Assembly: GCA_041691135.1 (NCBI GenBank)
Contig: JBEPVF010000001.1
Location: 160,001 to 224,000 of the forward strand
DNA length: 64,000 bases
Reading direction: 5' to 3'
Source: Candidatus Peribacteria bacterium
Lineage (GTDB): Bacteria > Patescibacteriota > Gracilibacteria > Peribacterales > Peribacteraceae
The notes beneath the pieces are model-generated. The model made no database searches. It was not told where the DNA came from and worked only from the letters and a program-made list of their open reading frames with translations. This document shows positions 21,338 to 32,017 of the stretch, piece by piece (the stretch's first letter is position 1; every line of letters begins with the position of its first letter). A program made the translations under genes and the position numbers.

Positions 21338-21671
21338 ACGACTGAAGGGAAGAAAATGGGGATTTAGGATAAATGGCTGGATCAAAGCGACAAGAAAGGG
21401 ATTAGATATAGCTCAATATTTGCATAAAGTCAAATATATTTTCTATTATACATTTCACTCTGAGGGGATTCACAATTTTCATCTTAAACCGAGAATTAAG
21501 TGAAACTACAATGAAAAGTGCCTCCTCTGACGAAAGCTGCTGTAAAATCTTACAAATCGAGCAATATTTGTGCTCAATTTAAGAGCTCCCTCCCGGCCAA
21601 AGCCGAGAGGGACACGTGATGAATGCATCGCATGTACGAGCGGTTCTCACGAATTTTACGGCTGATTCGCA

Positions 21672-22049
21672 TCAGATGCGCAGTTTTCGCCGAAGGACCA
21701 GAGCGGCTTCCTTTTGCGCCTCATCCCCAAGTATAGAGACCACCTGGGCGAAGTGTCGGGCCCAGCAACACTCCAATTGCCGCATCACAGAGCGGTTTTG
21801 ATCCGAGGGATCGTGGATGAAGACGACGACCTTCATGGGAACGATGCCTCGACTAATCCCTTCCTGACAGCATTCAACCCATTCGGAGTTGAGGGGGTCG
21901 CAGAGCAGGGCATCCGGCAGCTGCTCATCCATAACAGCGCGAGCCGTCGCCAGATCGGTGGCCCACAAGAACTCCGGTCTGAAGCCGAGTTCCCCGAAGC
22001 CATCTAGCCTCGGCGGAGTCTTGTAATCTCTAAACCAAAGAACGCGCAT
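21672..22049 (-). CDS. hypothetical protein, possible degenerate receiver fold
   Basis: MRVLWF...PDALLCD pattern resembles a CheY-like beta/alpha layout. Confidence 0.45.
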   Translation of the reverse strand: MRVLWFRDYKTPPRLDGFGELGFRPEFLWATDLATARAVMDEQLPDALLCDPLNSEWVECCQEGISRGIVPMKVVVFIHDPSDQNRSVMRQLECCWARHFAQVVSILGDEAQKEAALVLRRKLRI

Positions 22050-22283
22050 AACCAAAGCCTCCTAGACGAACTGGTGGTGCGATCACTTTTCGGAGAATAG
22101 ATCACAATCAAAAGCAGTCAATTTAATGGTCAAGAACAGCAACTTCTTACGAAGGCATGGCCGCGTAAAGCTTGCTTCGCTCGCAACGCGACTCACGTAA
22201 AATCGCTTCTCGCTTGGAAGTTATTGGTTTTCGAATCTGATGGCTGCGCCACGTGATCACAAGCCACTGCGACCGATTTTACG

Positions 22284-22358
<75 letters not shown>

Positions 22359-22502
22359 CCGTCCCGTCTATCGTACCAGATTTTGCAAAAGTTCCATGCC
22401 CGCCGGTGAATAGCTATGAAAACCGACTGAATCACTCGCTCGCCAAAGAAAGATGTAAATAAATGGATGAGCCACTTATGTTCTGTGCTACTCTTTCCGC
22501 CT

Positions 22503-24191
22503 ATGCCCGTGCGCAGAACGAGCAACCAAGCCGCTACGGCTGCTCTCAAACTGGCTCGAAAAAAAACGATTGCTCCCGGCAAACGTGTGTCGCCAAAAAT
22601 GTTTTCGCAAGTTGCCAAGACCAAGGCTCGAGACGCCCGCGAACAGGTGGAAGCGCGCAAACGGTATCAGGCGTTGGCCGAAGCCATCCCGCAGATCGTG
22701 TGGACCTCCACGCCGGAGGGCTATGTCGATTATTTCAACCGACGATGGTTCGAATACACCGGACTAACCGAAGACGAAACGTACAAACAGACGAAGAGCA
22801 TTCTGCATCTCGATGACGTGGCCCTCTACAACGAACGATGGAGCACAGCTCTGCGCACCGGGGAGGAGTATGTGATCGAATATCGTTTCCGCCGCGCTTC
22901 GGACGGCACGTATCGCTGGCACCTGGGCCGCGGTATTCCCATTCGCGACGAAAAGGGACACATCATCAAATGGTTCGGCACCAGCACCGACATCGATGAT
23001 CAAAAGAAATTGGAAGAACACATCCGGTCTGCCAACGATGTTCTGGAAGAAAAGGTGAAGGAACGTACGCGTGTATTGGAAGACGAAATTCGTCAAAGAA
23101 AGGAAATGGAACAGACAAATTTGGACACGCTGCACCGACTGCAAACAGTGATGACATCGATGCACATGGGTGCCGTTCTGGCTGATCAAGAGCAGAATAT
23201 CATCAGCGTCAACCAACGCTTCTGTGATTTATTTGATCTGAAAATCGAGCCGGATTCACTGGTGGGAATGAAAGGCGACGAGCTGATTCAAAAAGTGACG
23301 AACCGTCTGCTGAATCCAATCGAAACGATCCAGCGATTGCATCAGGCCTTAAGCAACATGAAGCCGCAGGTGAATGCGGAAGTCTATTTAAAAAACGGCA
23401 CTGTCCTCGCGCGCGAATATGTCCCGCTGGTCGCCGACGGCAACCCGTTCGGCCATCTGGTCCTGTACCGCGACATCACGTTGGAAAAAAAGATCGATGC
23501 TTCCAAGTCCGAGTTCATGTCACTGGCATCGCATCAGCTGCGTACGCCGCTTACTTCCATACGCTGGGTGCTTGGCAAACTCTCGCGCATGTTGGACGAA
23601 AAATTGTCCGAGGCGGAGAAGCACTTATTCACCGAAGGAAAAAAGGCGACCATGCGCATGGCCGGCACCATCGATACGATGCTCACGATTTCGCGCATCG
23701 AATCGGGCAAAGTGAGCTTGAAACTGAAAGACGTGCATATGCACACTTTTTTGAAGGAACTTCTCTTGCAGTTCAATGCCGAGACAACCGAAAAGAATAT
23801 TGCCTGCAAAATAGACTGCCCCGACCATGTGTTCCTCATCACCGATGCGAGTTTCCTGAGCGAGATTTTCCACAATCTGCTGGGCAATTCGATCAAATAC
23901 AACAAACTCAATGGAAGCGTACATATAAAAGTGCTTGAGCATTCACAGACTCTAAAAGTGCAAATATCAGACACCGGTTACGGCATACCATCCGATCAGC
24001 ATAGTATGATTTTCAGCAAATTCTTCCGCGCTTCCAATGTCGTGAACGAAGACACCGAAGGCAGCGGCCTGGGCCTGTATTTGGTTCATTTGCTTGTCAC
24101 CATCCTGGGCGGCAAGATCTCATTCACCTCCAAGGAGGGCGAAGGTACTCTTTTCACCGTTATTCTTCCGACCGTAACCGATATTTCATGA
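22503..24191 (+). CDS. PAS-domain sensor histidine kinase
   Basis: PAS/PAC; SEFMSLASHQLRTPLT H-box; NSIKYN, DTGYGI, GSGLGL boxes. Confidence 0.92.
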   Translation: MPVRRTSNQAATAALKLARKKTIAPGKRVSPKMFSQVAKTKARDAREQVEARKRYQALAEAIPQIVWTSTPEGYVDYFNRRWFEYTGLTEDETYKQTKSILHLDDVALYNERWSTALRTGEEYVIEYRFRRASDGTYRWHLGRGIPIRDEKGHIIKWFGTSTDIDDQKKLEEHIRSANDVLEEKVKERTRVLEDEIRQRKEMEQTNLDTLHRLQTVMTSMHMGAVLADQEQNIISVNQRFCDLFDLKIEPDSLVGMKGDELIQKVTNRLLNPIETIQRLHQALSNMKPQVNAEVYLKNGTVLAREYVPLVADGNPFGHLVLYRDITLEKKIDASKSEFMSLASHQLRTPLTSIRWVLGKLSRMLDEKLSEAEKHLFTEGKKATMRMAGTIDTMLTISRIESGKVSLKLKDVHMHTFLKELLLQFNAETTEKNIACKIDCPDHVFLITDASFLSEIFHNLLGNSIKYNKLNGSVHIKVLEHSQTLKVQISDTGYGIPSDQHSMIFSKFFRASNVVNEDTEGSGLGLYLVHLLVTILGGKISFTSKEGEGTLFTVILPTVTDIS

Positions 24192-24550
24192 GCAAACACA
24201 TTCTCCTCGTCGAAGATGAAATCCTGCTCCGCGACATGATGACGATGTCGCTGAAAGAAGCGGGTGCGGAAGTGACAGTAGCCGCCAACGGCCAAGAGGC
24301 GATAGACATTCTGAAAACGGAAATACCGGACCTGATGCTCCTGGATATCCTGATGCCCAAAGCCGATGGCTACGACGTGATGCACTTCGTCCGCGACAAC
24401 GGCCTCACGTTTCCCGTCATCGTGATTTCCAACTTGAGCGATCCTCAAGAAGAGGAAAAAAGCCGAGCCCTGGGAGCTGTGGATTTCTTGGTAAAAAGCA
24501 ATTTGGATGAAGATGAGTTGTGGGAAAAGGTAAAAAAATATTTAGCCTGA
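24188..24550 (+). CDS. single-domain response regulator
   Basis: ILLVEDE, PDLMLLDILMP, FLVK; overlaps the kinase stop codon. Confidence 0.92.
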   Translation: MSKHILLVEDEILLRDMMTMSLKEAGAEVTVAANGQEAIDILKTEIPDLMLLDILMPKADGYDVMHFVRDNGLTFPVIVISNLSDPQEEEKSRALGAVDFLVKSNLDEDELWEKVKKYLA

Positions 24551-24618
24551 TCGTTTTCACTTCTGCCCTTATTTAAAGCGTGGATTAATTGTATTGTAGT
24601 AGTATAAAGTTAATTGTT

Positions 24619-25962
24619 ATGGACATGAACTTTAGACAGACATTAGGGCAAGAATTGCGCCAAATGACGCCTGAATTTAATGAGGTCGTTATCAGGATGA
24701 GCAACTTAGTTGCCGATATGATTTATAGAAAAGCAAAAAAAAATGCGGATGAAAAATATGGAGAGATTGAAAGCCTGCGGTCGAGGCGTTATATCCAAAC
24801 TCTCACGGATCGAATGACAGCTCATCAATTCGCACCAGAAGCTGTTCATGCACTCATGCTCGACAAAAATTGGGTGACTGTCATCAAGAAGATCGACGTT
24901 GTCTTGGATGCAATTATCAACAATAACCCTATACCGCAGAACATCGAGCAAAGCGATTATAGAATACCGCCATACGATTCTATCGTAGAGCACTTGCGCC
25001 ATCCGATTATATTTCAACTGGAGTTATTGATGGAACCTACCGGAAAATTTGCAGAGAAACGCCATAAGCTCGAGGCGGCACAATCGATGGAAGTCGCCAT
25101 GGCCACCGAAGAGGATATTCCCGCTATTGAAGAGGAATACAACAGACAACTCCTGGTTATAAATGAGCTCATTAGCGGAAATCGAGCGGACTTCCGAGAG
25201 AAAATGAGGGGTGGGTTTGTCTTGCCGTTCGATCATCCTCATCGCACTGGAAAATCCGACCGGGAGGAGTTACGAGAGGCCATTCATCAGCCTTTTGTGA
25301 GTGGAAAAGGCTACACCTTGAACTTACTGCTCAAACAAGGCAATGAAGTGAAAGGATGGTACGAAGGATTTGTGCCGGATCCCACCGGTATGAGCAAGAA
25401 AGCAATTGCACAGGAAAAATCAGATATACGACACGGCAACACCGGGAAAGTAAAATACGACAAGGAAATGAGGAAAATGTTGATCAATAGTATTCCGGTG
25501 CGCTCCAAATTGATGATGATTATGCAGGCAACGGATACGGATTTTGTCGCCAGCCGCGCGTACGCCATCGGTACGATGCTGCTCAAGCTTTTTAACCCCG
25601 ATACGACATTGCTCGATACATATTGGCTCCGACGCCTGCGTATCTCAGGCATGAAACCCGAACCGATAGGCAATAACTGGTCCAGTCAGCGTTTTTGTAA
25701 AGACAGACATTACGAAGAAATCGGCGTGGATGCGGACGAAAATGGCGAAGAAACGATACGTTCCGTTAACGGGATCGACTATTCGATTCAACCGGGATGG
25801 ACAAGGGCTATGGCTCCCTTTGACGACTCATTATCCGCAGCAGATCGGCTTCAGGATCAAGTCTGTGCTTTCTACCATGTTGATCGCAATGATGACAAGT
25901 TGACCACTGTTCTCTTAAAGGAAATGATGCAAACCTATCAAATCGCAACTCATAGAAGGTAA
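24619..25962 (+). CDS. hypothetical protein, possible degenerate GNAT C-terminal half
   Basis: long ORF; ATEEDIPAI and NWSSQRFCKDRHYEEIG resemble GNAT motifs. Confidence 0.6.
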   Translation: MDMNFRQTLGQELRQMTPEFNEVVIRMSNLVADMIYRKAKKNADEKYGEIESLRSRRYIQTLTDRMTAHQFAPEAVHALMLDKNWVTVIKKIDVVLDAIINNNPIPQNIEQSDYRIPPYDSIVEHLRHPIIFQLELLMEPTGKFAEKRHKLEAAQSMEVAMATEEDIPAIEEEYNRQLLVINELISGNRADFREKMRGGFVLPFDHPHRTGKSDREELREAIHQPFVSGKGYTLNLLLKQGNEVKGWYEGFVPDPTGMSKKAIAQEKSDIRHGNTGKVKYDKEMRKMLINSIPVRSKLMMIMQATDTDFVASRAYAIGTMLLKLFNPDTTLLDTYWLRRLRISGMKPEPIGNNWSSQRFCKDRHYEEIGVDADENGEETIRSVNGIDYSIQPGWTRAMAPFDDSLSAADRLQDQVCAFYHVDRNDDKLTTVLLKEMMQTYQIATHRR

Positions 25963-26048
25963 ACCGGGGAAAAACTGGTCAAAAATTGAAATAGCTTGCT
26001 CTTAAAGCTGGTATTCCTTACACTTCGCGGGCCTTTTTACACATTCTT

Positions 26049-26360
26049 ATGTTTGCAATCGTCGATATCGCCGGAAGCCAGGAGAAAGTTTCGGTCGGAG
26101 ACACGCTGCAGGTTCCTCTACATGACGTAGAAGCCGGCAAGAAAGTGCTCTTCGAAAAAGTACTGCTTATTTCCGACGGCGACAAAGTCACCTTCGGTGC
26201 ACCGATTATCGGTGGTGCGACAGTAGAGGCGAAGATTGTGGACCATGGCCGCGGAGACAAAATTCGTGTCGTCAAAACCATGCGTCGCAAGCGCTACAAG
26301 CGCGTCAAAGGTCATCGTCAGGACTATACGACGATCGAAGTGACGGGCATCAAAGCGTAG
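26049..26360 (+). CDS. rplU: 50S ribosomal protein L21
   Basis: MFAIV..GSQ.KV..GD and RRKRYKR..GHRQDYT signature. Confidence 0.97.
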   Translation: MFAIVDIAGSQEKVSVGDTLQVPLHDVEAGKKVLFEKVLLISDGDKVTFGAPIIGGATVEAKIVDHGRGDKIRVVKTMRRKRYKRVKGHRQDYTTIEVTGIKA

Positions 26361-26412
26361 TGAATTGAGAATGTTGGAAGCAGTTTTTTCAGTTGAGCGA
26401 TTTTTATAATTC

Positions 26413-27546
26413 TTAATTTTCAATTTCGTCGTTGTCCATCCGCGATCGCAAGTTTTGGATCGCCCTAAGAGTTACCCCCATGTTCTGCATACAGGCGATT
26501 GTTTCGCCATAGCGTTCGCCCGTGTGGAGCAGGTAACGCAAATAGCTGCGCGTGTGGCGCCGGCTGAGCGGAGAAGGGGAGTCTGGATCGATAGGCGAGT
26601 GGTCATGTGCGAATGTCGCATTAGGAATACGAATCGTCTCACCGTTCGAGAGAAACACATTGCCATGTCTGGCTTCGCGCATCGGCAGGACGCAATCGAA
26701 CATATCAATTCCACGCTTGATGGCTTCGGTCATTTGATCAATACGACCAACACCCATCAAGTACCGAGCATGATCCTTTGGCAAAAGCGGAAGAACAATA
26801 TCGAGTACATCAAACATTTCGGCCGGCGTTTCACCAACAGCCAAACCCCCAATGGCATAGCCATCGAAGCCGATCGCAATTAATTCTTCGGCGCACTTTT
26901 TTCGCAGATCCGCCTCCAGGCCGCCCTGCACGATGCCGAAGAGTAGGGGCTCACATATCTTCTGCGTCGTCTGAGTCCCTTGCCTCGCCGAAGCCCGCAG
27001 GCGGAGGCGGGTCTGAATCTTGAGCCGCTCATGTTCTAGCTTGCATCTTTTCGCCCACCTAAGTGTGCGATCCACCGCATCTAGAATTTCACTCCGCTTC
27101 GCCGTGGATGGCGGACAGTGATCGAAACACATAATGATGTCGGCGCCGAGCTTATGTTGAATTTGCATCGCTTCCTCGGGTCCGATGAAGTGCAAGTCGC
27201 CATTGAGATGCGATTGGAATTCCACGCCATCATCGCTGATCTTGCTGATGCCGCGAAGCGAGAACACTTGATATCCGCCGGAATCGGTCAGAATCGGTTT
27301 GTCCCATCCGGCAAATCCATGGAGCCCGCCGGCCTCTTCGATCAAATCCTCGCCGGGGCGCAGGTGCAGGTGATACGTATTGCACAAAAGAATCTGAGCA
27401 CCCAGTTCCTCCAATTCCCGCAGCGAAATGCCGCGCATCGCTGCTCCCGTGCCGACCGGCATGAAGAACGGCGTCTCGATTGTGCCGTGAGAAGTATTGA
27501 GGCGGCCACAGCGGCCAAGAGGGGTTTCTGTAAGTAGTTCGAACAT
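26413..27546 (-). CDS. tgt: tRNA-guanine transglycosylase
   Basis: TPFFMPVGT, NTYHL, TDSGGYQVFSL, GIVQGG, RYLMGVG, DMFDCVLP motifs. Confidence 0.95.
   Translation of the reverse strand: MFELLTETPLGRCGRLNTSHGTIETPFFMPVGTGAAMRGISLRELEELGAQILLCNTYHLHLRPGEDLIEEAGGLHGFAGWDKPILTDSGGYQVFSLRGISKISDDGVEFQSHLNGDLHFIGPEEAMQIQHKLGADIIMCFDHCPPSTAKRSEILDAVDRTLRWAKRCKLEHERLKIQTRLRLRASARQGTQTTQKICEPLLFGIVQGGLEADLRKKCAEELIAIGFDGYAIGGLAVGETPAEMFDVLDIVLPLLPKDHARYLMGVGRIDQMTEAIKRGIDMFDCVLPMREARHGNVFLSNGETIRIPNATFAHDHSPIDPDSPSPLSRRHTRSYLRYLLHTGERYGETIACMQNMGVTLRAIQNLRSRMDNDEIEN
26978..27012. repeat. palindromic element inserted in-frame in tgt
   Basis: CCTTGCCTCGCCGAAGCCCGCAGGCGGAGGCGGG encodes the extra TRLRLRASARQG segment. 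Confidence 0.55.
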
Positions 27547-27647
27547 GGCGACAAGAATGAGGTGTTACCGCGAAGGATTCAAGGGAAAGAAAAAAGAGAT
27601 CACCTGATCTCCTTAATGTCTTACATTAATGTTTTAAATTGCTCGAA

Positions 27648-28295
27648 TTACTGCTTTTGAGTCGAAATGATCCTATCGATCAATCCGTACGCCAATGCCT
27701 CATCGGCCATCATGAATTTATCACGTTCGGTATCCTGCTTTACCTTCTCGACCTTCTGACCGGTGTGCTTGGCGATCATCTCGTTGAGCAGATCTTTGGT
27801 CTTGATGATGTGTTCCGCATGGATGGCGATATCCGTCGCCTGACCTTCGGTTCCGCCCAGCGGCTGGTGAATCATGATCTCGGAATGCGGAAGAGCGAAA
27901 CGCTTTCCCTTCGCACCGCCGAGCAAGATGATGGCTCCGCCGGACGCGGCCATGCCCAGACACACAGTCGACACATCTGGCTGTATAAGCTGCATCGTAT
28001 CGTACATCGCAAGCGTAGAGGTGACCTGACCGCCCGGCGAGTTCACATAGAGGGTGATGTCTTTCTTCGCATCTTCTTTTTCCAAGAAGAGGAATTGCGC
28101 GATGATCGAGTTGGCGACATCGTCGTTGATCGCCGTGCCGAGGAAAATAATGCGCTCCTCGAGTAGTCGTGAGTAGATGTCGTACACGCGCTCACCGAAT
28201 TGCGTTTTTTCGATCACCGTCGGGATGATAAAGTTCTGCGGTGTGATGTATCCGCGGGAAATATTCTTGGCAATGGATTGAATGGCTGGATGCAT
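27648..28295 (-). CDS. clpP: ATP-dependent Clp protease proteolytic subunit
   Basis: DIYSRLL, NSPGG, GMAAS, IMIHQP, ERDKFM motifs. Confidence 0.97.
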   Translation of the reverse strand: MHPAIQSIAKNISRGYITPQNFIIPTVIEKTQFGERVYDIYSRLLEERIIFLGTAINDDVANSIIAQFLFLEKEDAKKDITLYVNSPGGQVTSTLAMYDTMQLIQPDVSTVCLGMAASGGAIILLGGAKGKRFALPHSEIMIHQPLGGTEGQATDIAIHAEHIIKTKDLLNEMIAKHTGQKVEKVKQDTERDKFMMADEALAYGLIDRIISTQKQ

Positions 28296-28301
28296 GGGAG
28301 A

Positions 28302-28333
28302 GAAATGTAGAATGTAGAATGAAAATGTATAAT
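28302..28333. repeat. AATGTAG-type heptamer array upstream of clpP
   Basis: GAAATGTAGAATGTAGAATGAAAATGTATAAT; same unit as 59001-59038 and 59489-59519. Confidence 0.7.
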
Positions 28334-28405
28334 AGTGTCTATCACCTTCATTATACCGTTTTCTGCCCTCACTCGTTAGTCGCTTTGCTCCTCTAAAATG
28401 AATTT

Positions 28406-29413
28406 ATGAAACGAAATCGATCATCAGTGAAGGGTATAAGTAAAGACAACTTAACAATTGAGCTGCAGGACTGGCGCATCCTCGTGCGCGATCACGTATT
28501 GAAGGCAAAGAAGCCGCTGATCGTCGTTCTGGGTCCTACTGCCGGCGGCAAGACAAATTTTTCGATAGAAGTTGCGCGCTACATCGATAGAGAACTGAAG
28601 GAAAACTTTGCCGAGTGGCACAGTGGCGCCGAGATCATCAACGCCGATTCGCGGCAACTGTACCGCGGTATGGATATCGGCACGGCGAAAATCCGCGAAA
28701 TGGAGATGGATAAAATTCCGCACCATCTGATCGACGTATTGGATCCTCAAGAAAATCTGACCATGGCCTGGTACAAAGAGCGAGCGGAAAAGTGCATCGA
28801 AGAAATTCTGACGCGCGGAAATATTCCCATCCTCGTCGGCGGATCGATGCTCTACATCAGCAGTATTATCGATAACCTGCAGCCGCTCCCGCCCACCGAT
28901 CCGGCGCTGCGGCGATCAATCGAAGAGGAATACGAACGAGATGGGGGATTGATGCTCCACCAACAACTGACCGAGATGGATCCGGATACCGCCAATACAT
29001 TTCATCATCACAATAAACCGTACGTTGTCCGCGCCACCGAACTCGCGCGAACGACGAATGAAAAACCGTCGGCCTTAAAGAAGAGAGGAGAGTCGCCCTT
29101 CGATCTCCTCATCTTCGGCCTGCATGTAGCCAAATCCGAATTAGACCGCCGCATCGACGAGCGCGCTAAAGCTATGCTGGAAGAAGGATGGATCGGCGAA
29201 GTGGAGCATTTGCTAGATCAGGGGGTCCTGCCGAATGAGCCGGGAATGAAGAGCACCGGTTACCAGGAAATCGCAGGCTGGCTCATGAATCCGGAATCCA
29301 TGGATCGCGACGAGCTCACCGAAATTATCGCTCGAAAAACAAGGCAGTACGCCAAGCGGCAACTGACCTGGTGGCGAAGCGATACAAGAATCCATTGGCT
29401 GGATCTCTCGTAA
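28406..29413 (+). CDS. miaA: tRNA dimethylallyltransferase
   Basis: GPTAGGKT, NADSRQLYRGMDIGTAK, PHHLID, YAKRQLTW motifs. Confidence 0.96.
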   Translation: MKRNRSSVKGISKDNLTIELQDWRILVRDHVLKAKKPLIVVLGPTAGGKTNFSIEVARYIDRELKENFAEWHSGAEIINADSRQLYRGMDIGTAKIREMEMDKIPHHLIDVLDPQENLTMAWYKERAEKCIEEILTRGNIPILVGGSMLYISSIIDNLQPLPPTDPALRRSIEEEYERDGGLMLHQQLTEMDPDTANTFHHHNKPYVVRATELARTTNEKPSALKKRGESPFDLLIFGLHVAKSELDRRIDERAKAMLEEGWIGEVEHLLDQGVLPNEPGMKSTGYQEIAGWLMNPESMDRDELTEIIARKTRQYAKRQLTWWRSDTRIHWLDLS

Positions 29414-29457
29414 AAATAACAACCGCGCCACTACATGGCGTTCTCCAAAAAAAGCTT

Positions 29458-29844
29458 TCAAATTTTGAACACCTCTCCATAGTCTTTCTCCACTCGCTCC
29501 TTCATCTGCCACAGATGTTCGATCATCGTTTCGAGTTGCGGACTGCTGTTGGGCGTCTGCGTCGATTTGTAGAACTCAATGATGTGGCGGGCCTGATCCA
29601 CGACATTCGGGAGAGCCTTGTCGACATTCGATTTATCAGTCTCCTTTAAATCGTAATAGAGCTGCGTCACGAATGACTCGGGATGAATCAGATTGATTTC
29701 ACCCACATCGGCAAGCTGCACGATCTTCAACATGAATTCTTCGTGCTCTTTCTTCATTTTTCCACCGATCGCCTGGCCGGCTTTCTTCTGGTCTTCTTCG
29801 GGAAGATCGCTGTGTTGCTCGGCGAGGGAAATGAGATCAGCCAT
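29458..29844 (-). CDS. hypothetical protein
   Basis: clean helical ORF with a TATAGT promoter-like box upstream. Confidence 0.7.
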   Translation of the reverse strand: MADLISLAEQHSDLPEEDQKKAGQAIGGKMKKEHEEFMLKIVQLADVGEINLIHPESFVTQLYYDLKETDKSNVDKALPNVVDQARHIIEFYKSTQTPNSSPQLETMIEHLWQMKERVEKDYGEVFKI

Positions 29845-29930
29845 TGAAAAAGACTATACGCTGGTTGGCAAAAGATGACTAGTCGCTTGTTTGGTTGCAT
29901 CAATTGGCTTCATACCCTCACACTGCACGT

Positions 29931-31955
29931 ATGCGTCTCGATGCCTTGCTGACGGCCAAGCTCCTGCATACCACTCAGCCGTACATTGATGCGCTGAACA
30001 AAATGGAAATTGAAACAATCGAAGATTTACTGCTCTACCTGCCGCGAGCGCATGAGGATCTGAGTCAGATGCAAACGATCGCCACCGCACCGCTCGATAC
30101 TAAAATCACGCTCCGCGGTTCGGTTGATGGATTGAAATTGGTCCGGACAAAACACGGCAAGCAACTGGTCACCGGCACCTTCATCGATGCCGACGGCGAT
30201 ATGTGCGATGTGATCTGGTTCAATCAGCCGCATATTCTGCGCATGTTGAAGGACAACGACGAAGTGGTGCTGACCGGCAAATTGGTCGAGAACAATTACA
30301 AGTTGCAACTGCAGAGCCCGCAATTCGAAAAGAATGGCACACGGCCGCTGGTGCACGCCGGCCGTCTGGTTCCCATCTATCCTCAGCACGAGCAGATCAA
30401 CACCAAGTGGCTGCGGGAAAAGATCGTATTGATCAAAGATGCCATCCAAAATATTCACGAGACGCTGCCGGAGGAGGTTGTGACGAGTGAACATTTGATG
30501 CTGCGTGCCGATGCCATCCGGTCGCTCCACTTTCCCGAGAAGCCCGAGGAGGTGCAGCAGGCATTGGAGCGAATGGAATTCGAACAGATGTACGAGATGC
30601 AACGCCAGGCATTGGAACGTAAACGTGATTGGCAGGGTAAGGGGCAGGCACGACTGCGCACGACGATGGACGTCGAACTCATCCGTCAGTTCTTCACGTC
30701 GCTCAAATTCACACCGACCGACAGCCAACGCATCGCGATCTACGAAATCCTGCGCGACATGGAAAAAGAAACATCGATGTCACGACTGCTGGAAGGGGAT
30801 GTGGGATCCGGCAAAACGCTGGTAGCCGTGGCCATCATCGCCAATACCATTCGCAGCGGCGGGCAATCGGCGCTGATGGTGCCCACCGAAGTGCTGGCGC
30901 GCCAGCACGCCGCCAGCATCACACGCTTGCTCGTGAACTTTCATGCGTTTCTGCAGCACAATACCGATCATCAGCTTACCGATTTTCCGTTGCCGACCGT
31001 GGCATTGCTCACCGGCTCTACTCCGCGTTCCGAGGCGAATGAGATCAAACAGCGACTGGCAACCGGTACCATCGATGTCATTATCGGCACGCACGCATTG
31101 ATCGAAGATACCGTGCAGTTCAAAGATCTTCGTCTGGTGATCATCGACGAACAACATCGGTTCGGCGTCCTCCAGCGCCAACGTCTGCGAGAGAAGGGGA
31201 GTCCACATGTACTCTCGATGACAGCCACGCCGATTCCGCGCACGCTCGCTCTTACCGCGTTCGGCGATCATGATTTATCGGTTCTACTGGAGAAACCCGG
31301 TCGTCGTCAGAAAATCGATACCAAAGTCGTTGCCCCGCAAGACCGAAAGACGGTAGAGCATTTTATCGATCAGCAGATTCAGACGGGCAGACAAGTGTTC
31401 GTCATCTGCCCGCTCATCACCGAGAGCGAGGAACTGGATGAAGTGCGCAACGTAGAGCAGGAAGTGGCGCGCCTGCGCGAGGCATTTCCACATCGAACGA
31501 TTACCATGCTGCACGGCCGCATGAAGTCGGACGAAAAGCAGTCGATTATGCAGGGATTCCGCGACAAGCAATCGGACGTTCTCGTGTCGACGTCCGTCAT
31601 CGAAGTCGGCATCGATATTCCCAACGCCACGATCATCATCATCGAAGGTGCCGAGCGTTTCGGTCTGTCGCAATTACATCAGCTGCGCGGACGAGTCGGA
31701 AGAGGTGATGACAAGAGTTACTGCTTCCTTTTCACCAGCGCCCCGAACATGGCCCACTCTCCGCGCCTCAAAGCGATGGAGCAACATGATTCCGGCTTCC
31801 AGCTGGCCGAAATCGACCTTAAGCTCCGCGGTCCCGGCGAACTCTACGGCATCCGACAGAGCGGTATCCCGGATCTTCGCATCGGCACATTGATGAATCC
31901 GGAATTGATCGTGCGAGCAAGACGGGCGGCGGAAAAATTTGTATTCGGAAGTTGA
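29931..31955 (+). CDS. recG: ATP-dependent DNA helicase RecG
   Basis: RLLEGDVGSGKT, DEQHRFGV, MTATPIPRT, LHQLRGRVGRG, DLKLRGPGE motifs. Confidence 0.96.
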   Translation: MRLDALLTAKLLHTTQPYIDALNKMEIETIEDLLLYLPRAHEDLSQMQTIATAPLDTKITLRGSVDGLKLVRTKHGKQLVTGTFIDADGDMCDVIWFNQPHILRMLKDNDEVVLTGKLVENNYKLQLQSPQFEKNGTRPLVHAGRLVPIYPQHEQINTKWLREKIVLIKDAIQNIHETLPEEVVTSEHLMLRADAIRSLHFPEKPEEVQQALERMEFEQMYEMQRQALERKRDWQGKGQARLRTTMDVELIRQFFTSLKFTPTDSQRIAIYEILRDMEKETSMSRLLEGDVGSGKTLVAVAIIANTIRSGGQSALMVPTEVLARQHAASITRLLVNFHAFLQHNTDHQLTDFPLPTVALLTGSTPRSEANEIKQRLATGTIDVIIGTHALIEDTVQFKDLRLVIIDEQHRFGVLQRQRLREKGSPHVLSMTATPIPRTLALTAFGDHDLSVLLEKPGRRQKIDTKVVAPQDRKTVEHFIDQQIQTGRQVFVICPLITESEELDEVRNVEQEVARLREAFPHRTITMLHGRMKSDEKQSIMQGFRDKQSDVLVSTSVIEVGIDIPNATIIIIEGAERFGLSQLHQLRGRVGRGDDKSYCFLFTSAPNMAHSPRLKAMEQHDSGFQLAEIDLKLRGPGELYGIRQSGIPDLRIGTLMNPELIVRARRAAEKFVFGS

Positions 31956-32017
31956 ACGAAGATTGAGGCGAAGTAATTATAAAGATTGCTCTATGAGCAT
32001 TTGTGAATTTTTCAGTG

